DNA from: Candidatus Kuenenia stuttgartensis
Lineage (GTDB): Bacteria; Planctomycetota; Brocadiia; Brocadiales; Brocadiaceae
NCBI RefSeq assembly: GCF_900232105.1
Contig: NZ_LT934425.1
Coordinates: forward strand, 4,374,154 to 4,406,153
Direction: 5' to 3'
DNA: 32,000 nucleotides
The translations under genes were made by a program, and so were the position numbers. Shown one piece after another: positions 16,286 through 26,195 of this stretch (its first letter is position 1; every line of letters begins with the position of its first letter). The notes beneath the pieces were generated by a model. It had not been told where the DNA came from, did no database searches, and saw only the letters and a list, made by a program, of their open reading frames with translations.

Positions 16286-17855
16286 ACCTAAATCCTGCAA
16301 ACGATTTTCGCAATGCGAAAAAGGGATGTACTGTCTCCATCTGCGGTATACTTACCACTCTCAAAAGACTAAAAAAACGAAATACAACGTCGGTTTTCTA
16401 CTGAAAAACTACATCCAGTGACATGCGTTCCCACTTTTCCCATTCCTCCTGATGGAGAAATTTCTCCGGCAATTTTAATGTCATCTGCCGGCTTCTCTCC
16501 ACCAGTTTCCCTGCCACACGGATTAACCACAGTCTCATCGTCTTTACTTCCCACTGTTGTATCACTCCACCACTGAGCAATCCCATCCACTTCAAAAGAT
16601 TATACGCTAACACCGCACACTGAAATAGCGCAGCATTGGCCAAAAATTCACCCGTACGTATGTGCCCCGCATTCATCTGTCCTTTACTCTCTTCTATCAA
16701 AGTCTCGCAGGTAGCCCTCTTTCCATAACAACGATGCGCTTCCATCGGACTTAACCGCTCCGTTGTAACGTAACAAAAATACTCATACACGGACACTTCT
16801 ACTAATTTCTTTTCTCTTTTGACCAATTGCCGCACTGCCACAAAACGTCTCGCACGATCCCACCCTGCACATCGATACCAAAATTCAGCCTGTTCCCATC
16901 CTGGCTCCCCTTTCACCTCATTCCATTTCTGCCCTTCAAGCAATCCTTCCAGATTCTTCAGCTTTACCTTAATCAGATATCCCGCCAATATTGACTCAAG
17001 GTATTCAAGTAATTCTCCGGTAAAAAAACCGCTGTCTCCCCGAAATACCACCCTTACCCCCTTATTCATGTACGCCATACATTCCTTCATGAACTCTACT
17101 ACTCCGTTACTCGTGTAGGCGCTTCCACAGCGGAACCAACTATGTAATACCTCCTTTGTTTCTGCAATAAATGCCATTAAGGGATGATACGCCTTCTGCC
17201 CCTTCTTGTGCGGATTATATCCTACCTCTGCACCCTCCTGTTTCCCATATACACCATCTACGGTAGAATCAACATCTATCCATACTTCGCAAAGAGCACT
17301 CCTGAGTTTATGGCCTGATCTCACCGCACGCTTCCATATCTTTCCCCTAAACCGGTGGATCACCCCCGTCAGTTCCACTATATCTCCCTGACTCGCCAGC
17401 TTCATAATACGTCCTATCGTAGTATCTACAGGTACCTCTTTCCAACCGGACATCTTCTTCAATACCTCATCTGTACACACCTTCATCACCTCTACCATCG
17501 ATGTCGCCCCTGCTATCAACCCTATCACTACCATTTGTACCGCATCGACAAACTGATACCGGGCATTTGCTCCACGATCCTTATGGACCGCTTCATGGAC
17601 TCTCTCCCGGAACATCAGCTTACCCATAAATTCAATACCGGTAAAAGCCCTGCATGTACCGTTAAGCCTTTCCCGCTCATCTCTGCCTTGATTTTCGGTT
17701 GTCTTTTGCTGTATTTTTTTGCTATATTCTTCATCGAAATGGTGAATCTCCTTTCAGGTGTTTTTTGTTATCAATATACCGCCGAATACCTTGGAAATCC
17801 TACCATTTCAATCCTATTCCTGCAACAAGGCTTTGCCTTGTTTGCAGGATTTAGG
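16286..17855 (-). mobile_element. IS1380-like insertion sequence
   Basis: Terminal inverted repeats CCTAAATCCTGCAAAC (16286-16301) and GTTTGCAGGATTTAGG (17840-17855), flanked by TTATA on both sides (16281-16285, 17856-17860). Confidence 0.9.
16398..17734 (-). CDS. IS1380-like family transposase, probable frameshift near its N-terminus
   Basis: ALCEVWIDVDSTVDGVYGKQ, VVFRGDSGFF, CYGKRATCETLIEESKGQMN. The N-terminus (MKNIAKKYSKRQPKIKAEMSGKGLTVHAGLLPVLN, from 17734) is in a different frame from MGKLMFRERV... (from 17627). Confidence 0.85.
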
Positions 17856-19388
17856 TTATATATTATCGCTAATCTCAGGATCCAGATCCATTTGCTTAAT
17901 CGTAATCCAGGTAGCATAATATGGAGTTACCAGATCAAATACACCATGAATGATTAATACCTGCATATGGGGATTTATGCACATTGCCTGCTTTAAGTCC
18001 GCTACAGCTTCGGCAAACCCTTGTTGCCCCTGAATACCCGACCACCAGTTCCACGATTTGAACACCTCCTCATTTAAGAGGAGATAGGGTAACTCAGTCT
18101 TAAAATCCAAATGGTCACGCACATAGGTATTGAAGGCTGCTGTTACTGGTGCATTGAGCCGGTCGAGATACGGATCGCCACCAGCAAGCATCTGTCTTGC
18201 AGGATCAGAATCGACAAGTTTAATCGACCCATCGTATAAACTCACCAAACGTCTCTGGTCTGACAATAAGGCTTTAGCGAAGCGAGCCGGTGGGACGCGT
18301 CCTGCCCAACGATGCAGGATGTCCGCATGTAATCCCATCATGTTGCTCGATTGCTCAATCCAATCCGGCAGCAAGTCACCACCGGCTAATCCGGTTAAAT
18401 ATTCTGATAAGGCGAAACGCTCCACTTCACCAAGCGAAACACGGGGGTTATCAGCTTTATACGTTATCATGTCACTGCGTTCATGGAATGCCGCCACTGC
18501 AGTGTAGCTCGGCAGCAAGGCCACCCAAGGCCACAGGCTTCGTTCGCTGCCCCAAAGCAACCCAAAATCAATCGCCGGAGAGATGAGTACCAACCCACTT
18601 GGCACAATGCCAAAATCTGACTGAAGCAGTTTTGATAAACGTGCGACCCTAAAACCGCCATAGCTTTCTCCGGCAAGAAAAATTGGCGAAAGCCAACGTT
18701 CCTCCTTGGTCAGATAAGTGCGAATAAAGCGGGCCAGAGAGTCGGTATCTTCCACCACGCCCCAGGCGTATTTACCTATCGATTTTTCCTTCGAAGGTCT
18801 CAACTTCCGCCCTTTATTGTTTTCGGTGTCATCCTTAATCTCACGACTGTAACCCGTTCCAACAGGATCTACAAAGACCAGATCCGTAAACGATAGCCAA
18901 CTCTTTGAATTATCGAGTAATCGGGCTGGCATATGGAGTACCTTTCCATCGTCACTGAACTCGACGCGTTTTGGACCTAAAGCTCCCATGTGCAGATATG
19001 CCGAGGCAGCACCTGGACCACCGTTGAAAACAAAGGTCACCGGCCGTGGGTAATCATGTTGTTCGTCAGCGGTATAACTGATATAAAAAATCCTGCTGAC
19101 TGGCTTTGCCTCCTTATCCGTTATGGTCAGCGATGCTGCGGTGGCAAAATACTCCAGTGTTTTATCCGCTGTCGTCAGAGTATGTTGGGTAACGGCCCTG
19201 TTCGATGCGTCAAGAACACGCTCTTCGGCCTGCTGTTTTTCCACCTCAACCTTCTTGTTGTCTGGCACACCCAATACAATAGACGTATACATAAAGCAAA
19301 CACAAATCAGCGTAAAGGCTGATATTGTGAATCGATTAGTGCTTCCTAATGTGTTAAACATTTTTAACCTTGTTCTAATGTAATCCAT
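17856..19388 (-). pseudogene. Peptidase S10 (serine carboxypeptidase) family, 3' end interrupted by the IS
   Basis: RPVTFVFNGGPGAASAYLHMGALGP, DLVFVDPVGTGYSR, PIFLAGESYGGFRVARL (catalytic Ser region), VLIIHGVFDLVTPYYAT (Asp region). Confidence 0.9.
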
Positions 19389-19442
19389 GGAAAAAGGCAG
19401 TCAAATCGACCGATCTTTTGAAATGGCATGATTCGGTAAAAC

Positions 19443-21111
19443 TTACCAACTTAACACCACATACTGCTGCGCATTGCCTCTCCGAAGGAGCAGCAGTATA
19501 CTTTTATCATCGCTGCTCTTCTCGACCGCACGCTTGAACTCGGCAGCATTTTTCACGGGTTCGCGATCCACCTGCATAATCACAGTGCCAGGCTCAATGC
19601 CTGCCATTGCAGCAATAGATCCTGGTCTGACTTCCGTGACCACAACACCTTCCCCCATTTTGACTCCAAATTGTTCAGCCAACTGCGGGGTTAGCGTTTG
19701 TACCGTCAGACCAAGTTTCTCGGCGCTTTGCGACGAAGTCTGTGCAGCCAGTTTTTCTCTGGTGAGCTTGCCGATTGTCACAGTAAGCGTCATTTGTTTT
19801 CCTTCCCTCAGGATAGTCAACTCTTCCGTGCTGCCCGGCTGAGTGAGTGACACTCTGTTACGGAAACTGCCGACATTTGTTACCGGTTCCCCGCGATATG
19901 CAATGATTATATCCCCTTGACGCAACCCTGCCATATCAGCCGGTGAATCGTCTGAAACCTGAGAGACAAGTATACCCTTGACCTGTTCAACACCGAACGA
20001 CTTTGCAAGATCAGCGGTAAGCGGTTGAATCACAATACCAAGGTAACCACGCGTTACTTCTCCTTTATCGATCAACTGATCGGCGATCTCCCTGGCAAGA
20101 TTGATAGGAATCGCAAATCCCACACCCATATATCCGCCACTGCGGCTGAAGATGGCGGTATTGATGCCTACCACCTCAGCATCCAGATTGACCAGTGGAC
20201 CACCAGAGTTACCGGGATTAATCGCTGCATCTGTCTGGATGAAATCTTCATAATCGTTAATACCAATACTCGTACGCCCCTTGGCGCTCACCACACCTAC
20301 GGTGAGGGTATGACTCAGTCCAAATGGGTTGCCAATGGCAACAACCCACTCCCCAACCTCCAGCTTGGAGGAATCACCCAGTTTTGCCGCCGGCATACTG
20401 CTAGCCTTGATTTCTATAACCGCCACGTCTGACTGGGGGGTCCCGACCTGTAATTTTAGCGTTATATTCAGAACCATTCTGGAATTGCACCCGGATAGTA
20501 TCAGCATTTTCCACAACGTGATTATTAGTAAGGATGTATGTTTTGTCAGACAGCAATCCGTCCTTTACCTCGAACACAAATCCGGAACCCTGTCCAATAA
20601 TACGGTGTTCACTTTGAGGTTTATCAGAAGGCGGTGTCCGAGGAATACCGGGGAATGGTTCACCAAAGAAACGTTTGAAAAACTCATCCCCAAAGGGCCA
20701 TGAATCGCCAAAGGGTAACCGAAACCGTGTTCTCGCCGAATCAGATACTTTCGATTCAACCTGTATCATTACTTTGTTAAAATAATATGCAAAACAACCT
20801 TAATTCCCTCTATTTAAAAGGATTTATGCTTTGAAAAATCCTTGATTAATACCATACAATAAGTAGGATGCCGAACGCAAAGGCATACAAAATATATCAC
20901 TTTATGAACGGTTTCAGTGGTTTTTAACAAAGTAATGCTGTATGAAAACCACAGATGGCGATACTTCCCGTGCCACAGATGCAAAGGCCTTACCGGTCTG
21001 GCGCAGGTCTTTAATACCGTTGTCTTCTAATGCATAGGCTGGCATTACACTAAAACAGAAAAGCGTTACGTGCAGCATCATTAATTTTATCTTCCTCGTA
21101 TTCTCCTGCAT
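19443..21111 (-). pseudogene. degP: DegP/HtrA periplasmic serine protease gene, interrupted and frameshifted
   Basis: [63 protein letters not shown], two PDZ domains, in three ORFs (20914-21111, 20401-20769, 19443-20516). Confidence 0.92.
20767..20937. mobile_element. MITE-like element inserted in degP
   Basis: 171 bp with perfect 16-bp TIRs CATTACTTTGTTAAAA (20767-20782)/TTTTAACAAAGTAATG (20922-20937), flanked by CTGTAT at 20761-20766 and 20938-20943. Confidence 0.87.
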
Positions 21112-21157
21112 CCTTAATTTCTATTGCTACCGTTGCCGATCTTAATCAGTTTAAAAA

Positions 21158-21286
21158 CTAATCTTGCAAACCTCTCTTTACATAAATTGTCTCCTCTTGC
21201 CCATAAATTTCGCCTATCATGGAGGCGCTGTCATTACATAAAAATGCTCCAATAAGCGCCTCCATAATAACCAACAACAACATCAT
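21158..21286 (-). CDS. Putative 42-aa small protein between hsp20 and degP
   Basis: Manual translation MMLLLVIMEALIGAFLCNDSASMIGEIYGQEETIYVKRGLQD*; start overlaps the hsp20 stop (AATGATG), AAGGGAG upstream. Confidence 0.35.
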   Translation of the reverse strand: MMLLLVIMEALIGAFLCNDSASMIGEIYGQEETIYVKRGLQD

Positions 21287-21789
21287 TCTCCCTTTATTTC
21301 AATCTTACGCACATTTTCCTGCGCTTTTCCACTCTTAGGCAGATTGATTTTCAACACCCCTTTTTTGAACGAAGCCTTCACTTTTTCCTGGTCAACTTCA
21401 CAGGGAAGTTGCAGAGAACGGTAAAAGGATCCGTAACTTCGCTCTACATGATAGTACTCTTTGTCCTTTTCTTCCTTTTCCTGTTTCTTCTCCCCTTTAA
21501 TAGTGAGCACATCGTCTCTTAAAGTAATTTCAACATCATTTTGATCCATTCCCGGCACTTCTGCGATAATCTCAATTTCTTTGTCATTTTCACTTACATC
21601 TATCTTCGGTGAAAACTCGGCGAATCGCTCTTCCTTTAATGGGAGGGACGGGAATCTGTCAAACCCTCTGAAGAAATCGTCAAATAATCGGTCCACTTCT
21701 CTCTGAAGGGTCGCTACAGGGTGTTGCAGTCCTGATAGTGCAGGCTGCTGTTTTCTTCTATTCCAGGTTATTAAATCTTTCAAGGCCAT
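21283..21789 (-). CDS. Hsp20/alpha-crystallin family small heat shock protein
   Basis: PKIDVSENDKEIEIIAEVPGMDQNDVEITLRDDVLTIKGEK...YGSFYRSLQLPCEVDQEKVKASFKKGVLKINLPK. Confidence 0.96.
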   Translation of the reverse strand: MALKDLITWNRRKQQPALSGLQHPVATLQREVDRLFDDFFRGFDRFPSLPLKEERFAEFSPKIDVSENDKEIEIIAEVPGMDQNDVEITLRDDVLTIKGEKKQEKEEKDKEYYHVERSYGSFYRSLQLPCEVDQEKVKASFKKGVLKINLPKSGKAQENVRKIEIKGE

Positions 21790-21913
21790 GGTCGACCTCC
21801 TTTCTTATCAATTAAATGTTACATGAATGTACAAAACTTTTTTCTGCATGGTACAATAAAAATCTGAAACAGTCGGGGGAAACAGGACCTTGCAGTTCCT
21901 CACATATCAACCA

Positions 21914-22975
21914 TTATTTCTTTCTCTCCTGAGTTTGCTCAGTCTTCTCTTCAGTGTGAGCTTGACCGGTTTCTTTGCTAAACAAATTGACTGCCCGCTC
22001 CCAGAACTTGCGAATCTTAGATGCCGCTCCTTTTTCTTCAATCTTTGTCGTCAGCTTGGTGATATCATCCTCAAGCTGTTTCACAATTTTCTTAGCCTCC
22101 TCGTCTTCCAGCAGTGCTCGGTATGTTCCCAACTGGATTTGAGCCAGTCTCAAGTTGTCCTGTGCAGCTTCGTGCTTACCCTCTTCAACCATGCGCTCAG
22201 CCAGCCTTAACGCATGCTGTACTTCTACAAGCGGATTGTCTACCTCATGGAAAACGAGCTTTACACCTTTCGTCTGCGCAAGGGCCAACTGGACCAGTGC
22301 TTCGTCCGGCTTTCCCTTGTCCAATAAAGACTCTGTATGGTTCAATTTTCGCTCAATATAGCTGAGGTCTACAAGCACAGATGTATAAATGACATCAACA
22401 TCTGCAAGTCGCAGTCCTTTAAGTGCCGCCTCCTTCTCCTTGGCGTCAATGATCGGTTCTACAATTTCCATAGCGATAGTGCCCTCATATAAGGCAATCT
22501 TGTCGTCCTGGACCTTGTCAACCTCCCGATAAACCACTTTACCGCTGACATCTTTCACCGATGTCGTCACCGTAGTAACGGGGAGTAATTCCCTCACAAC
22601 CTGCGTCAGCCTCTGAGCATTCTTGATCTCCGGTTTTGCAGCTTCGGGGTTCTGATCGATGAGACTTTTTGCTGCATTGTTCAGATGATTGACGATACGC
22701 GAAGTCAAGAGAGATGCTTGGTGCTTATCCTGCGCAGACAAAGCGCCTTCAGTGTACCGTTCTACGGTTGTCTGATAGCGTTTACCACTGCCAAACGTGA
22801 TGTATGATTGATCCCGCTGCTCTCCGCCACCCAATGCCTTTTCTGAGGCGATGACAGTCGCGCACATAAACAGAGAGAGAGCAATTAATGCAACCACACC
22901 AGAAATTACTGTACCTTTTCGATCATGAAAAAACTTACGAATTACGTTCATTTCTTTCCGTTTCTCCTTTCTCAT
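21914..22975 (-). CDS. YfdX family protein, secreted or membrane-anchored N-terminus
   Basis: Signal/TM N-terminus; LLTSRIVNHLNNAAKSLIDQNPEAAKPEIKNAQRLTQVVRELLP, DVDVIYTSVLVDLSYIERKLNHTESLLDKGKPDEALVQLALAQTKGV. Confidence 0.87.
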   Translation of the reverse strand: MRKEKRKEMNVIRKFFHDRKGTVISGVVALIALSLFMCATVIASEKALGGGEQRDQSYITFGSGKRYQTTVERYTEGALSAQDKHQASLLTSRIVNHLNNAAKSLIDQNPEAAKPEIKNAQRLTQVVRELLPVTTVTTSVKDVSGKVVYREVDKVQDDKIALYEGTIAMEIVEPIIDAKEKEAALKGLRLADVDVIYTSVLVDLSYIERKLNHTESLLDKGKPDEALVQLALAQTKGVKLVFHEVDNPLVEVQHALRLAERMVEEGKHEAAQDNLRLAQIQLGTYRALLEDEEAKKIVKQLEDDITKLTTKIEEKGAASKIRKFWERAVNLFSKETGQAHTEEKTEQTQERKK

Positions 22976-23119
22976 ACTAAAAAGTAATATATTATATTAC
23001 GACATTACGACATAATATTACGACAAAAAATCCTTCCGTATTCGTTAATACTCACAGGCTGTTTCTCATCTCACCTGGCGTTAACCGCTTCAATCAACCG
23101 TACGTCACGCCACTCTCTG

Positions 23120-23530
23120 TTATCCTATCTGAATCTTCTTTGGTTGTGCTTCCGGCGCCTTTGGCAGTGTCAGGGTCAATACACCGTCTGCCAGTTTTGC
23201 ATCAATTTTTCCCGTATCAATGATATTTGATACGGTAAATTTCCTGGTATAATGACCTACATTGTACTCGGTATACACCGGATTAAGATGTTCATACGGC
23301 GTAAAGTCTATTTTTGCATCAACCTCCAGGACATTATTTTCCAGCACGACATTTACATTTTCCTTTTTCACACCCGGGACATCCATGGTGACGACCAGAC
23401 TTTTATCGGTTTCAACGATATCCGTCATGGGAATATAATATTTGCCTTGCACCGTTTTCTCTCCCTTATATTCTGTTTTTTCCGGTTTCTGACTTTCAAC
23501 CGTTGCTACTTCCTTTGTTTCATTACTCAT
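23120..23530 (-). CDS. Hsp20/alpha-crystallin family small heat shock protein
   Basis: MTDIVETDKSLVVTMDVPGVKKENVNVVLENNVLEVDAKI...YTRKFTVSNIIDTGKIDAKLADGVLTLTLPKAPEAQPKKIQI. Confidence 0.95.
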   Translation of the reverse strand: MSNETKEVATVESQKPEKTEYKGEKTVQGKYYIPMTDIVETDKSLVVTMDVPGVKKENVNVVLENNVLEVDAKIDFTPYEHLNPVYTEYNVGHYTRKFTVSNIIDTGKIDAKLADGVLTLTLPKAPEAQPKKIQIG

Positions 23531-23551
23531 ACCATCCTCCTTTCAGGGTTA

Positions 23552-23974
23552 TTATTGAATTGCAATACGTTTTGGTTTCTCTGACTCCGCACGGGGCAGA
23601 GAGATTACCAGAAGGCCATCTATATACTCTGCTCTGACCTGATCAGATTCTACGTTAACCGGTAGTCTCAATGTCCTGTCAAATTTGGATGCAGTACGCT
23701 CAATACGGTGGTAACTGACATTTTCGCCGTAGTCGATCCTGCGTTCTCCGGATAGCCGTAATATGTTGTTTTTTACCTCTATGTTCAGATCCTCCTTCTT
23801 TACCCCTGCTAATTCTGAAACGAGCACCAAATCGCCATCTTTTTCAAAAATATTCATCGGCGGATACACCCCTCTACTGGTCGTAGTATTCTCAAAAAAA
23901 CCCGTGTCGCGCGCCAGGTCCATTGCCTCCTGAAGCCCTAATAATGTTTCCAATGTCCTTGATAATGGTAACAT
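23552..23974 (-). CDS. Hsp20/alpha-crystallin family small heat shock protein
   Basis: PPMNIFEKDGDLVLVSELAGVKKEDLNIEVKNNILRLSGER...FDRTLRLPVNVESDQVRAEYIDGLLVISLPRAESEKPKRIAI. Confidence 0.96.
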   Translation of the reverse strand: MLPLSRTLETLLGLQEAMDLARDTGFFENTTTSRGVYPPMNIFEKDGDLVLVSELAGVKKEDLNIEVKNNILRLSGERRIDYGENVSYHRIERTASKFDRTLRLPVNVESDQVRAEYIDGLLVISLPRAESEKPKRIAIQ

Positions 23975-24398
23975 GACAAATCCTCCTTTCAGTTTCAGAA
24001 AAAATCAAATTACTTGACACATCAAAAATAACTCAATACATTTATACAAGAAAACCGGTTTTTCCCTTTCTGACAATGCTTATCGCAACAAATGTGCCAA
24101 ATTATATAAGTTATTGCTATTTCTAATGTTAGTATATTCTGTCTGTAGAAAAAACATAATATTCCGGGAAAATGGGAACGGTTATTCCCTTTTGTGTGGA
24201 TTTATATTCCCAAATCAGTTATCATTGTGCGTAAAGACGATGTACTCTTGTGTCAAATGATGGGTAATATCAAAATTATGTGTTCTGTGCTAATGCAGGA
24301 TGCATTTAAATCGATATACAAGAAACAACACACAATATTATGTTATGACTGTTTGGGAAATACTTGTCTCACTCACCTAAAATCTCATCAATGCAGGT

Positions 24399-24794
24399 AT
24401 GAATAAAAAAAAGAATTCTGTTCAAAAATGGCTCGTTCCGTATAACGGCGATAAGACCGATGTTCCGCCTTATTTCTTTACCGATGATGGAAGCATTGAC
24501 AAATCTATAATAGATAACCTTGATTCAGATGTTATTCTTTTGGACAGAGATCTCAACATTGTACTGATGAATAAGGCAGCGGAAAAGACATGTGGTGTGA
24601 GTTTTCACGAAGTAAAAGGTACCAACTATATGGCGTTACGACTGAAATCCTTAGAACAAGAGCTGTCAAAGAACTTGAATAATGTCCTTCAAACGAAGAA
24701 AACCTTTAATATTGATGTAAGGACGACCATGATATACACCCATACGATCAAAATCCAGACCATCAAAGAGGTAAAAAGTCCGCTCGATTTCTGA
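24399..24794 (+). CDS. PAS domain-containing protein
   Basis: IIDNLDSDVILLDRDLNIVLMNKAAEKTCGVSFHEVKGTNYM resembles a PAS core. Confidence 0.65.
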   Translation: MNKKKNSVQKWLVPYNGDKTDVPPYFFTDDGSIDKSIIDNLDSDVILLDRDLNIVLMNKAAEKTCGVSFHEVKGTNYMALRLKSLEQELSKNLNNVLQTKKTFNIDVRTTMIYTHTIKIQTIKEVKSPLDF

Positions 24795-24914
24795 GGAATT
24801 CTATGTAGACCAATTAAGGTGCATATCAACCGTTTCAGAACCTACTCTGATAGAAAGGGTATGATCACTGGATGGATAGAAAATAAGAACCTTTACTATT
24901 TCAGATTACACAAA

Positions 24915-26195
24915 ATGAATGCATTATTAATAAAAGGCGGTTATGTAGTAGACCCTGCTTCCGACTTTGAAGGATACGCTGACGTTCTTGTAAAAAATGG
25001 GAAAATAGAGGCGGTGTCACCCAATATTACCACCAACCCCTCTGTCAGGATTATTGATGCAACGAATAAACACGTCATCCCAGGTCTGATAGAGTGCCAT
25101 GTTCATTTTCGTGAACCAGGGCTTGAATACAAAGAAGATATCAGAACAGGCTCACGCGCCGCTGCAAAGGGCGGATATACGACAGTGATTTGCGAGCCCA
25201 ATACAAACCCGCCTATCGATTCCCCCGCCATAGTGGATTTACTCACGGAAAGAATTTTAGAAAAGAGCATAATAAAAGTGTTTGCCAAGGCATGCATTAC
25301 AAAAGGTTCATTAAGTGAAGAGTTGACGGACATTGCCGCCCTTGCTAAGAATACCCGTATAAAAGCATTATCGGACGACGGCAATCCGGTATTCAACGAT
25401 GCTTTAATGTGCAAGGCTTGCGAGCTTTCAGTACAACATGCTATTATTATTAGCCCACATTGCGAAGACTCTCCATTTTATTTGAATAAGATAAAAGACA
25501 TTCCCGGCGCAACCCGTTTCCCAGGCGAACCTTATTCACACGAAACCGATTTTGCCAGGCGTGACATCCGCTTTACGGAACAAGCAAAAGGCCGTCTGCA
25601 TATTTCCCACATAAGCCTGAAGGATACCTTGGCAGCGATACAACAAGCCAAAGAAAGAGGCATAGGAAAATTCACTTGTGAAGTGACCCCCCATCACTTA
25701 TTATTGGACAACAGCTTCCGGGATAAAGACGGAAATATGCCCAGGACAAATCCTCCCTTACGGTCCCGTATGGACGTGGAAGCCATGCAAAACGGCTTGG
25801 CAAGCGGTATTATTGACGTCATCGCAACAGACCATGCCCCGCACACCGACGATGATTTAAAAAAAGGCGCTACGGGCTTTGTGGGACTCGAAACCGCCCT
25901 TGGCGTATTGCTTACTAAACTGGTACATACCGGTATCATTACTTTTAAGGAACTTATCATAAAAATGTCCGTCAATCCTGCACGCATCTTTCAAATAAAC
26001 GGCGGCAGTCTTGCTGCCGGCATGCCGGCAGATATTACCATAATAGATAAAAACAAGGAATGGACGGTGGACGTTAACGTTTTTGAATCAAAGGGCAGAA
26101 ACTGCCCCTTTCACGGATGGAAACTAAAAGGACAGGTTTTGACTACTATTGTTAATGGAAAGGTCGTTGTTGATAACTACAAAATAGAATGCTAA
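24915..26195 (+). CDS. pyrC: Dihydroorotase (track start 24819 is probably too early)
   Basis: VIPGLIECHVHFREPGLEYKEDIRTGSRAAAKGGYTTVICEPNT, GIIDVIATDHAPHT; MNALLIKGGYVVDPAS is the natural N-terminus. Confidence 0.95.
   Translation: MNALLIKGGYVVDPASDFEGYADVLVKNGKIEAVSPNITTNPSVRIIDATNKHVIPGLIECHVHFREPGLEYKEDIRTGSRAAAKGGYTTVICEPNTNPPIDSPAIVDLLTERILEKSIIKVFAKACITKGSLSEELTDIAALAKNTRIKALSDDGNPVFNDALMCKACELSVQHAIIISPHCEDSPFYLNKIKDIPGATRFPGEPYSHETDFARRDIRFTEQAKGRLHISHISLKDTLAAIQQAKERGIGKFTCEVTPHHLLLDNSFRDKDGNMPRTNPPLRSRMDVEAMQNGLASGIIDVIATDHAPHTDDDLKKGATGFVGLETALGVLLTKLVHTGIITFKELIIKMSVNPARIFQINGGSLAAGMPADITIIDKNKEWTVDVNVFESKGRNCPFHGWKLKGQVLTTIVNGKVVVDNYKIEC

Noticed and set aside
16819-17391. + strand ORFs within the IS
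   Set aside because: Antisense to the transposase; Ser/Thr/Pro-rich shadow frames.
17355-17957. 200-aa + strand ORF spanning the IS right end
   Set aside because: Antisense to the transposase and S10 genes and crosses the IS boundary, so not an ancestral gene.
20025-20703. + strand ORFs across degP
   Set aside because: Antisense shadow frames of the HtrA coding sequence.
7440-24200. CRISPR array in the accessory region
   Set aside because: No regularly spaced identical direct repeats; repeats present are inverted, attC-like or TIRs.
24194-24406. + strand 70-aa ORF upstream of the PAS protein
   Set aside because: No recognisable motif or RBS, AT-rich intergenic region, overlaps the next gene start.
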